From the NCBI RefSeq assembly GCF_030144855.1, contig NC_082706.1:185876001-185940000 (forward strand): a stretch of 64,000 bases of DNA, in the 5' to 3' direction. Origin of the DNA: Hypanus sabinus (taxonomy: Eukaryota). A model generated the notes under the pieces. The model was not told the DNA's origin, searched no databases, and saw nothing but the letters and a program-made list of their open reading frames with translations. Shown piece by piece: positions 26,935 through 39,565 of the stretch. A program made the position numbers and the translations under genes. How positions within the stretch are numbered: position 1 is the first letter of the stretch; the number at the start of each line of letters is the position of its first letter.

Positions 26935-29569
26935 TTGATAGTACACGAGGGGAAAAAAAAGGTTATTAACTGTCTTCCTATTAAACTCAATATATTACCC
27001 CTCTAGGTGTAACTCATAGTTCTGAGGGTGCATGTTGGCTCAGGTGAGGTCATAGAGGAACTCTATAAAAAAAATTGTAGGTTGAGGGTTGGCAGCTTTA
27101 CTGCAGAAGAAGGAAGACATTTCCACATTATTGTGATGCCAGTGTCACTAATATCTGTGTGAAAAAAGCATCCGTTACTGATTGGAAATCTGTCAGTGTG
27201 TCAAATAGAATACAAAAAGTGGACTGAACAATATACTGAAATGTTTTAACAATGATTACATGCAAACACCTGATTGAACACAAGTACAGGCTGTGTGTCC
27301 ACAGACATACACACAAACTTTTAATCATTGCTTTATTTTTGGTTACAATTGACATAATAAGAAATGCAGTGACTACAAGGGAATGAAATCATTCTGATAG
27401 CATATTAATGCATACATTATCACTAGTGTAGACAAATGCTCATATAAAATAAGCCATCGGATTTTGCTCTTTGACATAGTCCCCACTGCATTTGTTAATA
27501 TGGACGTTATGTAAAAATGCCAGGTATGAAGAGGCACTTATGTTGAAAAAGAAAAGATCCGTTCATGGGAAAAGAAACGATAGAGCCAACCACTTACAGA
27601 GAACACTCAGACTGCTGTAACCAAACCTTGTGGTCCCTTGGCGTTTTTACCATTATAAATACAATACAAAGAAATACATGGGGAGAAAGGAATCTGTTAT
27701 ATACCAAATGAAAGAACCTAACATGATTTCCAGAATATAATAAAACATGGGTGGGAAAGATTTATTACACTGATTTATCATGCAACAGCTGTCAAAAAAT
27801 CCAACAATAAGAAGTGTCTGCATTGTGCTTGCAACAACCCAGAGAAGTTGCTCAAGAGAAATGACAGGGAAGAATTATAAAGATTAGGGTACCTGTGTGT
27901 AAAATTCATGACTGTAGCATGACATTGATTCATTGAATGTTTAGACGTTTGAGTCTAACATGTAATTGTTCATTCGGTATCAAAGATTGAATTCTATACT
28001 TGTTAACATAATATGGATTTGACAAAGTAAACATGACAGTTATTAGGCTTTGTCACCAAAAGTAGTAAAGCAAAAACTACAACAAATCTTTGCTAAAGAA
28101 AGCCTATTTCAATTTAGGATTTTAGTTTATGAAAATTGAGTATGCTGTATACTTGTCAGGATAGTACAGTGACATTGATACCTTCAGGGTCTTATTGGCG
28201 CAATTTTCTCCTGATTTTAAATTAACATTTAAAATTTAAAGAAATCTGTTTACCAAAGCAATTAGTTGTTTTTAGACTATGTATTCCGCTTTGTGTTTCC
28301 CCAAATCATTGATCTGGACATTTGCTAATGAGCACCATTGAATCAAAAGAAAATTAGCAGTTTTCCCATTCATCAGCATTCTTATGCTGTGTAATATTGA
28401 AACATTAAGAACTCATTTTATTGGTCATGAATAATTCTGCTTAGAAATATGGCTTTTAAAAGCAAGGCACTGCACAGAATTTTAAAACATCAACATTCCT
28501 TGTTGGCAGTTTAGTGGTTTAAAAGTCTGCTTACGTTGCAGGCACTACTTCCACAACAGAGCCTTGAGTAAAGCAGCCAAGAGAAGAGAAGTGGAGAGAT
28601 TTATATTCTCTCCACTTTGGATTTAAAAGGGTATGAAATTGCTGTTGCTTCTTGAAAGTGAAAAAATATGCACTTAGGTTGTGACTAGGTATAGTAAACT
28701 CCTGAAAACTGGAGGTGCATGGGGACTGTTGAAAAGTGACAAGAAGCAAATCTGGAAATGATCAAGGTGATGAAAATACCATGTATGTAAAGTAGTTCTA
28801 TTGCACTTTCACTACACAGAAAGCACTGTCATGGGAAAATATAATTGCCATAAGCAACATTTGTGCTACCTGTTTTGTACAGCAATCGTTGTGCTGTCAC
28901 CCAGCAGATCTAATTAGTCGACCCTATGATTAGGAAGTTTTAGCTGAAGAGGAACAATTGAAAGAAAATGCTTTCATTTTTGTTATGACCTAGCTTTCTT
29001 CTTTGTGTGTTCTTTCATTTACAGGTATTCATAGAAAATCTATAGTTAAAATAAATATTTGTTGCTGGGATATTTTACAAGTCTTGCAGTACCATAGCTT
29101 TAAAAATTTACAGGAAAGATATTACTTGATTTAGTTCAGACACCTTTGTTATTGGAACCATAAACTACCACACATTTAATGGTCAGCATAAATTTAACAC
29201 AACAAATCTCTTTCCAAAAGAGAGAATCAGACTAATTTTATGTTCTTTAAAGAGCAGTGACCAGCTGGGCAAAGGAGCGGCTAAAATGCAGTGGGACTGC
29301 TTACCCACTCGTTTCCCTTCCTGATTGGGTCAATTGTGAACTACAGGATGCAAAGTCATCTATTCAATGCCAGCAAAATTTTCTTTAAATATGCACCTTC
29401 CCCACAGCCCTGCCATGATGGTAGCCAATAGCAGAAGAAGCCAACAAAGGTAAATTCTTCTTAATAAATTATTTCCTCAGAGACCACGAATGTTTCTAAC
29501 TGTGGATCATTGGCCCTCCCCGATTCTGGACTTCACCAATATTTGGCGAAGAGAGACTAAGATCCCCCT

Positions 29570-29860
29570 TATTATGTCCTCTGGGACCCCAGAATTTCCC
29601 AAAGCTTTACAGGCACCAAAATAATTTTGAAGTATACTCACTATTGAGGTGCTATGTTATTTTTGTGCATAGCACAGAGAGATAGTGATCTGATAAACCG
29701 TTAAGTGGTTGAGGGGAAAATGTCAACCAGGACACCAAGGATAATTCCTCTGCTTTTTTTTCCCCAAGCATGAGAACTTTTACATCCAACTGTCAGTAAC
29801 AGGGGAATTGCATCCAAATACATTATCTTCTGTGGTGCATCATCCTTTCAGATTTACACT
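29570..29860 (-). mobile_element. Second Deu-domain SINE relic
   Basis: 'cccaaagctttacag..ttttgaagt..tcact..ggttgaggggaaaatgtcaaccaggacaccaaggataattcctctgct..ttttacatcca' is collinear with 24260-24625. Confidence 0.55.
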
Positions 29861-31249
29861 TATTATAAAAAGAATATTGAGTTATTGAAAAAGCTGCAAA
29901 AGTGTTCACAATTGATAATTCCAGAAATGGTAAGCCCATATTATTTAGGAATAGGACTTTTAGCCTCACATTTTTTAACTTGGAAATAGGAATGAATTCA
30001 GCACTAAATATGATTTCATTTGATGCTGAACTGAAGGACAGGATTCACTTTGTATCTGGCTCCTCAAGGGTTTGTCATGCACATTGTAAAAAGGATTAAA
30101 TGAAACTGAAAGATATTTTCCCCTTAATTTTCCCCTTATTTAGATTAATGCTTTAAATAAATCTACACAAGTGGTTTACAAATGATTTTATCTCTTTTAA
30201 ATTTTAAGTATTATTTTAACTAACTCTATTTCAATAGGTTCTAAATGCTTCTGCACATCTGAGCCATTAAAAACACAGTAAAAAGGAGTTGTCGCAACAT
30301 GAGATGTCCGAGGCCATCAACATGTTTCATAAACATAGCTTTAGTTTCAATGCCACTGGCCTAATCATTGTTTGTTAACCATTCTGCCTTACAGATGTTC
30401 AAAATTGTAAACCCTCAATAGAATCTATAAATACAGTTATTCCATGGCTGATGCATTTCAGATAAAGCACGTGCTAACCCTGTTCTAAAGCTTTCTTGCT
30501 TTAGAAGAATATAGTAATTCATTCCCTTGTGATTAATTTGGGAAACTCTACAAAGGTTTAGAAACAATATCAAAACTGCTTGAAAATTAATCTAATTAAT
30601 GCAAAAACTGAGTGTTGTTGGTACACAATGATCATTTCCAGGAACATTGTTGTTCACAATTTACAATAGAAATTGGGATCAAATGTCAGAGTTCAATTTC
30701 AAAGTCTGAGAATGGCAAATAATTAGAGGTGAGCTAAAAACAGAAAATGCTTGAAACATTCAGTGGGTCAAGCAGCAACTGTGGAAATTGAAGAAGTTAA
30801 ATTTCATAGGTCAAAGATCTGCGTCCTTAGATTTTAATTAGGAGTGGGAGATGCTGTAGCCATTCTACAAAATGTGAGAAAATAAATTTTAGTATTTATT
30901 TCAATGCAGATGTGGTATATTTCGGTAGGAAGAACAAGAGGTTCATACGCTTCTTGGATAATAATTTCTGTCTTTATTTATAATCACTAGTGCTAAACTA
31001 TATAGTGGCAGCCCGGCTTCTGAAATTTTGCTCCATTGAATTCAAGCAAAGAAAACCACTTAGCCTTTGTCATGTTGCACATTTAGCCCTTGTGATCAAG
31101 GGCGATGATGTACCACCAGGTGTCTAAAGTGAACTGGTAGAACCATTTAAAATGTACTACTATTCATTTCTAGAGGGATTCAATAGTTAAGTAGAGAATT
31201 CATACTAGCCATGCATAGAACTTCAGTTTAACCGTGGAGTATTATAAAT

Positions 31250-31745
31250 AGTTCTGATTCCTCACATTGGAAAAAGGGTACTGAGGTATCAGAGAAAGTG
31301 CAAAAAAATTCACAAGGATGATCGAAGAACTAAGGGATTAACAATATCTGAAAGACCAAACAACCTAGAACTCCTTTCTCTAGAAGTGGAAGGTTGAAGG
31401 ATAAACTGATTAAGATCTCTTACATAATGAAATGGCTTGATAGGAAAGATATGGAGAATAGGCTTTCATTGTTGCAGGGAAGCCACAGCTAAAGAATATA
31501 AATACAAGAGTGTCATTAACAAAACCAAGAGGGAACTCAGCAGAAAAGCAAGAATGGTTAAAACGTGGAATATGCCAAAACAGAGGCCTGTTGAGAAAAA
31601 GACGGGAATACTAGATGGGGACATTAAGAGAAAAGAAAGAAAAGGATTTGCTGTTGGTGTTGGCCAAAGACAAAGAAGAAATAGCATGGGGAATATTAAC
31701 TGTAATTTAAACCAGATTGAATTCTGTTTGGTGGATGTAATATAA
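31250..31745 (+). mobile_element. Old, heavily decayed CR1 3' fragment
   Basis: Eroded 'agagaaagtgcaaaaaaattcacaaggatgat..aactaaggga' (ERVQRRFTRMI-like) and 'tttctctagaa..gaaggttgaagg' motifs. Confidence 0.55.
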
Positions 31746-32089
31746 CTAAATGACTAGCTGTTCCTATATTTTCCAACACTTGTAGTAGGAAAAGATCAAA
31801 AGTGAGAACTATTCCTTCTCATTTAGGGTCTATCTTTATGCTCGCCAAATTTACAGCCACCTGCGTACAGTTGAACTGGTTCATTGAAGTTTCTCTGATT
31901 CTGAGAAGATCTCAGGGTAACTCAGAGTAGATGGACATTCCAAACGTTCCAGAACAATCTGATGATGTAGCCACCCACGCTGGCCCCTTCCATCAGTGAC
32001 ATAGTTAAGGGCATGTCACTGACATTTAGGAGTTCTCTGATGGAACTTGGTTACAGTATTAATCAGTGGAGCCAGATAAACCAATATAT

Positions 32090-32435
32090 TCAAATATAGA
32101 TAGATGCTTTATTGATCCAAAAGGAAACCATGGTAGCACTACAAGCGCACAGATATACAAATATTAGAGGAGAAGAAAGAAAGAATAAAAAATAAGTTAC
32201 TTCAAACAGTCTAACAGGACTTCCCATCACTTCCCCGGCTATGGGTTGACTCATTATAGAGCCTATGGCCACTGGTAAGAATGACCCCATATAGTGCTCT
32301 TTGGAGCAGTGCAGTTGTCTTAGTCTATTACTAAAAGTTCTCCTCTGTTCAGCCAAGGTGGCATGCAGAGAGTAAGAAACATTGTCAAGAATTTCCAGGA
32401 TTTTCCTTAGGGTCCTTTGTTCTACCACAGCTGCC
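32090..32435 (-). mobile_element. Rex1/Babar-type LINE 3' fragment
   Basis: ORF 'ILDNVSYSLHATLAEQRRTFSNRLRQLHCSKEHYMGSFLPVAI' followed by an AATAAA and (TCTA)n tail. Confidence 0.7.
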
Positions 32436-33789
32436 AGCCAGGTTGGTTCCAGATAATTTCAAACTTCCTGGAAGCAGATGATATATACTCACTTAGTCAC
32501 CTATTTATTATGATGAAGAAAGTGGCTATTCGGCCCATTGAGTCCATGCTGGATCTAATCAGAACAATCCCATTAGTCCACTTTATTCCTCTGTAACTTT
32601 CAACTTATTCTGTCTCACATGCCCACCCCAAACAGGAGCACAAACTTGTAAATTGGTGATGATGTCCTCTCAGTTAAATATGGAATTGGAATTGATTAGT
32701 TATTGCCACATGTCCCTAGCCAATGTTTGCCTTGTGTACTGTTCTTACAGATCAAATGATTACACAGTGCAAGATAAAGCAATAACAATGCTGAATAAAG
32801 TGCAACAGCTACAAAGAAAGTGTCCTGCTGCTAGGTATTGAGGTGCAGGATTATTACAAGGTAGATTGTGAGGTCAAGACAGCATCATTCATGCTCAGGA
32901 ACTCTCCAATAGTGGAGTAAATTTTGTCCTTGAGCCTGGAGATCCAGATTTTCAGACACAATCTTCTGGGAATCTTGAGGCCCTTACTACATGCCCACTG
33001 ATTTATTTTTTCCTTCATCTTCCCTCTTGTCCTTTAGTCCTTTAATACTTTATGTCTATGCCCTTGATTTTTCTGCTAAGCAAAATCGGTTCTTCATATT
33101 TTCTCGTGATGCATAAAAATTGTAATCTCAATTAAATCTCCCCTTAGTCTTCTATTCCAAAGAAAACAATTTTCACCAATGCAGTGTTTCCTCATAGATA
33201 CAACTTCCCATTCTGGCAAATTGTTCATAGATGTCCTCTCTTCCCCTCCAGTATTACCATAGCCAGCCTCTGATGAGTTTGATAGCCTATGAACTGCATG
33301 CTGTGATCTAACTATTCTTCTATGAATGATCTAGCAGACTGCCCTGCTCTTGTCGAGAGCTTCCAGACATGCACCAAACTCTATTGGGCTAACAGCACTG
33401 CCCACTGCAGTAAAAATTGAGCATAATCAACCAAGACTCAGCAAGTAAGTTTTTTTTATTCCCCACAGTGAATATAACTGGTGCGTGGTGCAAGTTGTGA
33501 AGGGGGAAAGATAGTTCTAAGGGGGGAGGGAAAGTTCAGAAAGAGATGATTAGGGAGAGGGGTGAGAGAGAAGGGAGGTCAAAAGAAGATCAACAGACAG
33601 AAAGAGACAGGGAAGGAGATTCAGATGGCAGATTTTGTGAAAGAAAAACTGACCTTCAGCCTTCAGTGCAACTGCAGCTCATGTGGAATGGATAGAAAAC
33701 AAATGGAAGACTGAGAGGGAAGGGGAGAGGGGAATGAAGAGTATCTGAGAGTTCCTCAACGTATTTCCCTGCCAGTTGAGTACTTCCAA

Positions 33790-34590
33790 ATTTCAAAGAA
33801 AATTTATTATCAAAGTACATATATGTAAGCATATACATCCCTAAGATTTGCTATCTTGTGGGCATCCACAGCAAATCCAAGGAACACAATAGAATCACTG
33901 AAAGACTGCACCCAGCAGGATGGACAAATGGCCAATGTGCAAAAAACAATGAAATGTGCAAATGCAAAAGAGAAACATAAAAATAAATGAATAAGAAAGC
34001 AGTAAATATCGAGAACATGAGGTGAAGAGTCCTTGAATGTGATGGTACGAGTGAGTTCGAGTGAAGTTCAGGAGCCTGGTGGTTGAGGGGTAATAACTGT
34101 TCCTGATCTGATGGTGCGGATCCCGTACCTTCTTCCTGAAGATGCAAGGAAATAGCATGGCCTGGGTAGTCGGGATCCTTGATGACAGAATTTCAGGATC
34201 TTTATTGTATACATTTCTGTGACATTAAATGTACCTATTGAAATACTGCTTTTTCTGCAACAGTGCACCGTGTAGATGTGTGCAATGGTCGGGAGGGCTT
34301 TATCCATGAAGGACTGGACCATATCCACTACTTTTTATAAGATTTTCCAATCAAGAGCATTGGTGTTTCTGTACCAGGCTGTGATGTAGCCAGTCAATAT
34401 ACTCTCCACCACACACCTCTAGAAGTTTGTCAAAGTTCTAAATGTCATGACAAATCTTCACAAACTTCCAATGAAGTTGAGGCACTACCAGGCTTTCTTC
34501 ATAATTGCACTTTTGTGCTGGGCCCAGGACAGAACTTCTGAAATGATAACATCAAGGACTTTGGGGTTTCTGGACCTCTCCACCTCTCCT
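33790..34590 (-). mobile_element. Rex1/Babar LINE 3' fragment
   Basis: Minus ORFs 'QSFMDKALPTIAHIYTVHCCRK', 'SSGRRY' and 'RNSYYPSTTRLLN'. The 3'UTR is shared with 975-1465. Confidence 0.8.
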
Positions 34591-34914
34591 GATCTTCCAG
34601 AGTTGAGCGAACAACCAATGAAATGGCAGCCATTGGGGACGTGCTGTGCCAATCGGCAAATTGGAGTGGATCCAAATTTTGGCTGGAAGACACCAGGAAC
34701 TCTAGCATATGATGAAATCGATCACTATGAATCAGGCAGGTGCAGGAGGAAGTAGCTTGGGGAATGTTAAAATGATCTAAATCAGACTTGAGAAATAGGT
34801 TTGAAAAGAAGCTTAATCCTAACTGTTGATGGATGGAGATTAGTTGCTGTGAGCAGTGAATGTGGAATATACCAGTGTCTGAGTATGTTACTCAGCTTCT
34901 GAAATTTTAGTTCA

Positions 34915-37900
34915 TTAGAACCATACAACATTATAGCACAGAAACAGGCCTTTTGGCTCTTCTTGGCTGTGCCAAACTGTTTTTGTGCCTAGTCCCACTG
35001 ACCTGCAGCTGGCCCATATCCCTCCATACACCTCTCATCCATGTACCTGTCCAAGCTTTTCTTAAATATTAAAAGTGAGCCCGCATTTACGACTTCATCT
35101 GGCAGTCCATTCTACACTCCCACCACACTCTGTGTGAAGAAGACCCCCCTAATGTTCCCTTTAAACTTTTCCCCCTTCTCCCTTAGCCCATGTCCTCTGG
35201 TTTTTCTCTCCCCTAACCTCAGTGGAAAAAGCCTGCTTGCATTCACTCTATCTATACCCATTATAATTTTATATGCCTCTATCAAGTCTCCCCTCATTCT
35301 TCTATGCTCCAGAGAATAAAGCCCTAACCTATTCAACCTTTCTCTGTAACTCAGTTTTTCAAGTCCCAGCAACATCCTTGTAAACCTTCTCTGCACTCTT
35401 TCAACCTTATAAATACCCTTCCTGTAATTCAGTGACCAAAACTGTACACAATACTCCAAATTCGGCCTCACCAATGCCTTAAACAACCTCACCATTACAT
35501 TCCAAATCTTATACTCAACACTTTGATTTATAAAGGCCAATATACCAAAAGCTTCCTTTACTACCCTATCTACCTGTGACACCACTTCTAAGGAATTTTG
35601 TGTCTGTATTCCCATATCCCTCTGTTCTACTGCACTCCTCGGTGCCCACCATTTACCTTGTATGTTCTACCTTGGTTTGTCCTTCCAAAGTGCAATACCT
35701 CACATTTATCTGTATTAAACTCCATCTGCCATTTTTCAGCCCATTTTTCCAGCTGGTGCAGATCCCTCTGCAAGTTTTGAAAACCTTCCTCACTGTCCAC
35801 TACACCATCAACCTTTGTATCATCAGCAAACTTGCTGATCCAATTTACCACATTATCATCCAGATCATTGATATAGATGACAAATAACAATGAACCCAGC
35901 ACTGATCCCTGTGGCACACCACTGGTCACAGACCTCCACTCAGAGGAGCAATCCCCCACTACCACTCTCTCGCTTCTCCCATTGAGCCAATGTCTAATCC
36001 AATTTACTATCTCATCATGTATATCTAGCGAATGAATCTTCCTAATTAACATCCCATGTGGGACTTGTCAAAGGCCTTACTGAAGTTCATGTAAACAACA
36101 TCCACGGCCTTCTTTTCATCCACTTCCTAGTAACCTCCTCGAAAAACTCTAATAGATTTGTTAAACATGACCTACCACACATAAAGCTGTGTTGACTCTC
36201 CCTAATAAGTCCCTGTCCATCCAAATAATTGTAGATCCTATCTCTTCGTACTCCATCCAATAATTTACCTACTACAGATGTCAAACTTACCAGCCTATAA
36301 TTTCCCGGATTACTTCTAGAGACCTTTTAAACAACGGAACAACATGAGCTATCCTCCAATCCTCCGGCACCTCACCTATAGATACTGACACTTTAAACAT
36401 ATCTGCCAGGGCCCCTGCAATTTCAACACTAGTCTCCTTCAAGGTCAGAGGGAATACCCTGTCAGGTCCTGGGGATTTATCCACTCTGATTTGCCTCAAG
36501 ATAGCAAGCACCTCCTCCTCTTCAATCTCTATAGGTTCCATGACCTCACTACTTGTTTGCCTCATTTCCATTGACTCCACACCAGTTTCCTTAGTAAATA
36601 CAGAGGCAAAAAAAAAACATTTAAGACCTTCTCTATTTCTTTTGGCTCCATACATAGCCGACCACTCTGACCTTCAAGGGGACCAATTTTATCCCTTACT
36701 GTCCTTTTGCTCTTAATATACCTGGAGAAGCTCTTTGGAACTTCCTTCACCTTGACTGCCAAAGCTACCTCGTTTTCTTTTAGCCCTCCTGATTCCTTTC
36801 TTAAGTGTTTTTTTTTGCACTTTTTATACTCCTCAAGTACCTTATTTGCTCCCTGTTTCCTATACATGTCATACATCTCTCTCTTCTTCTTTATCAGAGT
36901 TCCAATATCACTAGAGAACCAAGGTTCCTTATTCGTATTCACTTTGCCTTTAATCCTGGCAGGAACATACAAACTCTGCACTCTCAAAATTTCTCCTTTG
37001 AAGGCCTCCCACTTACCAACAACATCCTTGCTAGAGAACAACCTGTCCCAATCCACGCTTTTTAGATCCTTTCTCCAAATTTGGCCTTTTTCCAGTTTAG
37101 AACCTCAACCCGAGGACCAGATCTATCTTTATCCATGATCAAGTTGAAAATAATGGTGTTATGATCACTGAAACTAAAGTGTTCCTCTACACACACTTCC
37201 TTCACCTGTCGTAACTTGTTTCCTAATAGAAGATCTAATATTGCATCCTCTCTAGTCAAATATATTGATTTAGAAAACTTTCCTGAACACATTTTACAAA
37301 CTCTAACCCATCTAGACCTTTAACAGTATGGGAGTCCCAATCAATATGCGGAAAATTAAAAAGCCCTACTATCACAACTTTATGTTTCCTGCAGTTGTCT
37401 GCTATCTCTCTGCCGATTTGCTCCTCCAATTCTCGCTGACTATTGGTGGTCTATAATACAACCCCATTAATGTGGTCAAACCTTTCCTGCTTCTCAGCTC
37501 CACCCATATGGCTTCGGTAGACAAGCCCTCTAATCTGTCCTGCCTGAGCACTGCTGTAACATTTTCCCTGACTAGCAATGCCACCCCTCCCCCGCCCCCC
37601 TTCATTCCTCTGCCTCTATCACATCTGAAACATCGGAAACCTGGAACATTAAGCTGCCAGTCCTGCCCCTCCTGTAGCCAAGTTTCACTAATGGCTACAA
37701 TGTCATAATTCCACGTGTCAATCCACACCCTCAACTCGTCAGCATTCCCCACAATACTCCTCACATTGAAGTAGACACACCTCAGAAGATTATTACCACC
37801 ACACACAACCCTTCTATTTGTGACTTTGCATGAAACTTTAACATCATTTATTTTCACCCCTGCTCCACTATCTACTCTGTCACTCTTGTTCCCATCCCCC

Positions 37901-38696
37901 TGCAAATCTAGTTTAAACCCCACCCCCACCAATAGCACTAACAAACCTCCCTGCAAGGATATTGTCCCCTTGTAATTCAGGTGTAACATATCTCTCTTGA
38001 ACAGGTCCTACCTGCCCCAGAAGAGGTTCCAATGATCCTGAAATCTGAAACTCTGCCCCCTACACCAGTTCCTCAGCCACGTTCATCTGCCAGAGCATCC
38101 TATTCTTACCCTCACTGGCACGTGGCACAGGTAGCAATCCTATAGATTACCACCCCCGAGATCCTGCTTTTTAACTTCCTACCAAGCTCTCTATACTCAC
38201 TCTTCAGGACCTCCTCACTCTTTCTTCCTCTGTCATTGGTACCGATGTGTACCATGACATTTGGCTGCTCAACCTCCCATTTCAGAATTCTGTGCACGTG
38301 ACCAGAGACATCCCCAACCCTGGCACCCGGGAGGCAACAAACCATCCGGGAATCTCTGTCGTGACCACAGAACCTCCTGTCTGTACCTCTAACTATCGAG
38401 TCCCCTATCACTACCACTCTCCTCTTCTTCCCCCCTCCCTTCTGCACTGCAGAAACAGACTCAGTGCCAGAGATCCGGCTACCGCAGCTTGTCCAGGGTA
38501 GGTCATCCCCCAACAGTACCCAAATCGGTATACTTGTTCTTGAGGGATATGGCCACAGGGTAACCTTCTCCGGATCCTGCTCCAGTCCCCTAAAGCGGTT
38601 TGTTAGGAGCTGCAGCTGGATGCACTTCTTGCAGGTGTTGTTGTCAGGGAGACCAGAGGTCTCCCTGACTTCCCACATCCTGCAAGAGGAGCATTA
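34915..38696 (-). mobile_element. Near-full-length CR1 LINE (ORF1 + ORF2, frameshifted)
   Basis: Collinear minus-strand fragments: ORF1 'CSSCRMWEV..CKKC' and 'VVVIGDSIVRG..CLPGA..VHIGTND'; APE endonuclease 'CVYFNVRSI..DIVAISETW..GGGVALLV'; RT 'GVPQGSVLG..FADDTK'; C-terminus 'LEYCVQFWS'; 3' microsatellite tail at ~34915-34935. Confidence 0.95.
37910..38696 (-). pseudogene. CR1 ORF1 pseudogene (N-terminal CxxC..CxxC + SGNH/GDSL esterase)
   Basis: GDS block I, G block II (CLPGA) and GTND block III lie in ORF 38112-38678. The frame is broken. Confidence 0.85.
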
Positions 38697-38839
38697 AAGT
38701 CAATGGTTTTAGAAATATCACACACAATGCATTGGCCTTGCATGAGACATTGGACTTCTCAATACCTCCAAGCACATTTAAGAAAGCTAAGATTTTATTT
38801 ATTTTTGGATTACGTTCTGTGAAATAATAAACTGGAGAT

Positions 38840-39565
38840 TTCCATCTGGGGAGCCTCCAACCTGATAGCATGAATATTCATTTCTCCTACTGGTAAAAAA
38901 ACTTCCCCCTCCCATCTTCCTTTATTCTCCACTCTGACCTTTCACCTCTTCTCACCTACCTATCACTTCCTCCTGGTCCCCTTCTCCTTCCCTTTCTCCT
39001 ATAGTCCGCTCTTCTTTCCTATCAGACTCCCTCTTCTCCCGTCCTGGGCCTTTTCCATCCACCTGGCTTCCCCTATCACCTTCCAGCTAGCATCTTTCCC
39101 CTCCCGCCACCTTTTTTATTCTGGCGTCTTCCCTCTTCCTGCTCAGTCCTGAGGAAGGGTCTTGCCCCAAAACGTCCATTGCCCCCCCCTTACCCCATCT
39201 CTATCTATAATTTTAGTCCAGTTCTCTTTCTCTCTCTTTATCCCCCCTCACTATAATCTCCCCCCCAGCCCTACCTTTCTTTCTCTTTTATTTCCCATAA
39301 TTCTCCACCTTCCCCAGCCCAATTCCCTCCAGCCTATCACTTCCCAGCTCTCTACTTCATCCCTCCCCCCACTTTTTATTCCCCCCCCCGACCATCCCAT
39401 GTTACTTCACTCCTGATGAAGGGTTTTGACCCAAAACGTCGTCACTACCTCATCCCATAGATGCTGTCTGGCCTGCTGAGTTCTGCCAGCATTTTGTGTT
39501 TTTATTACTGTTTACTCATGCTGCCCGACCTGCTGAGCTCCTCCAGCATTTTGTGTGTGTTGCTC
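38840..39565 (+). mobile_element. Penelope-like element 3' end with a second pLTR nested in it
   Basis: 38840-38896 encodes FHLGSLQPDSMNIHFSYW* (GIY-YIG C-terminus). A pyrimidine tract follows, then hammerhead-like cores CTGAGGA (39149) and CTGATGA (39413) and two copies of 'atgctg...cctgctgag..ccagcattttgtgt'. Confidence 0.85.

Noticed and set aside
26736-26990. ORFs spanning the N run
   Set aside because: Artefacts of translating an assembly gap.
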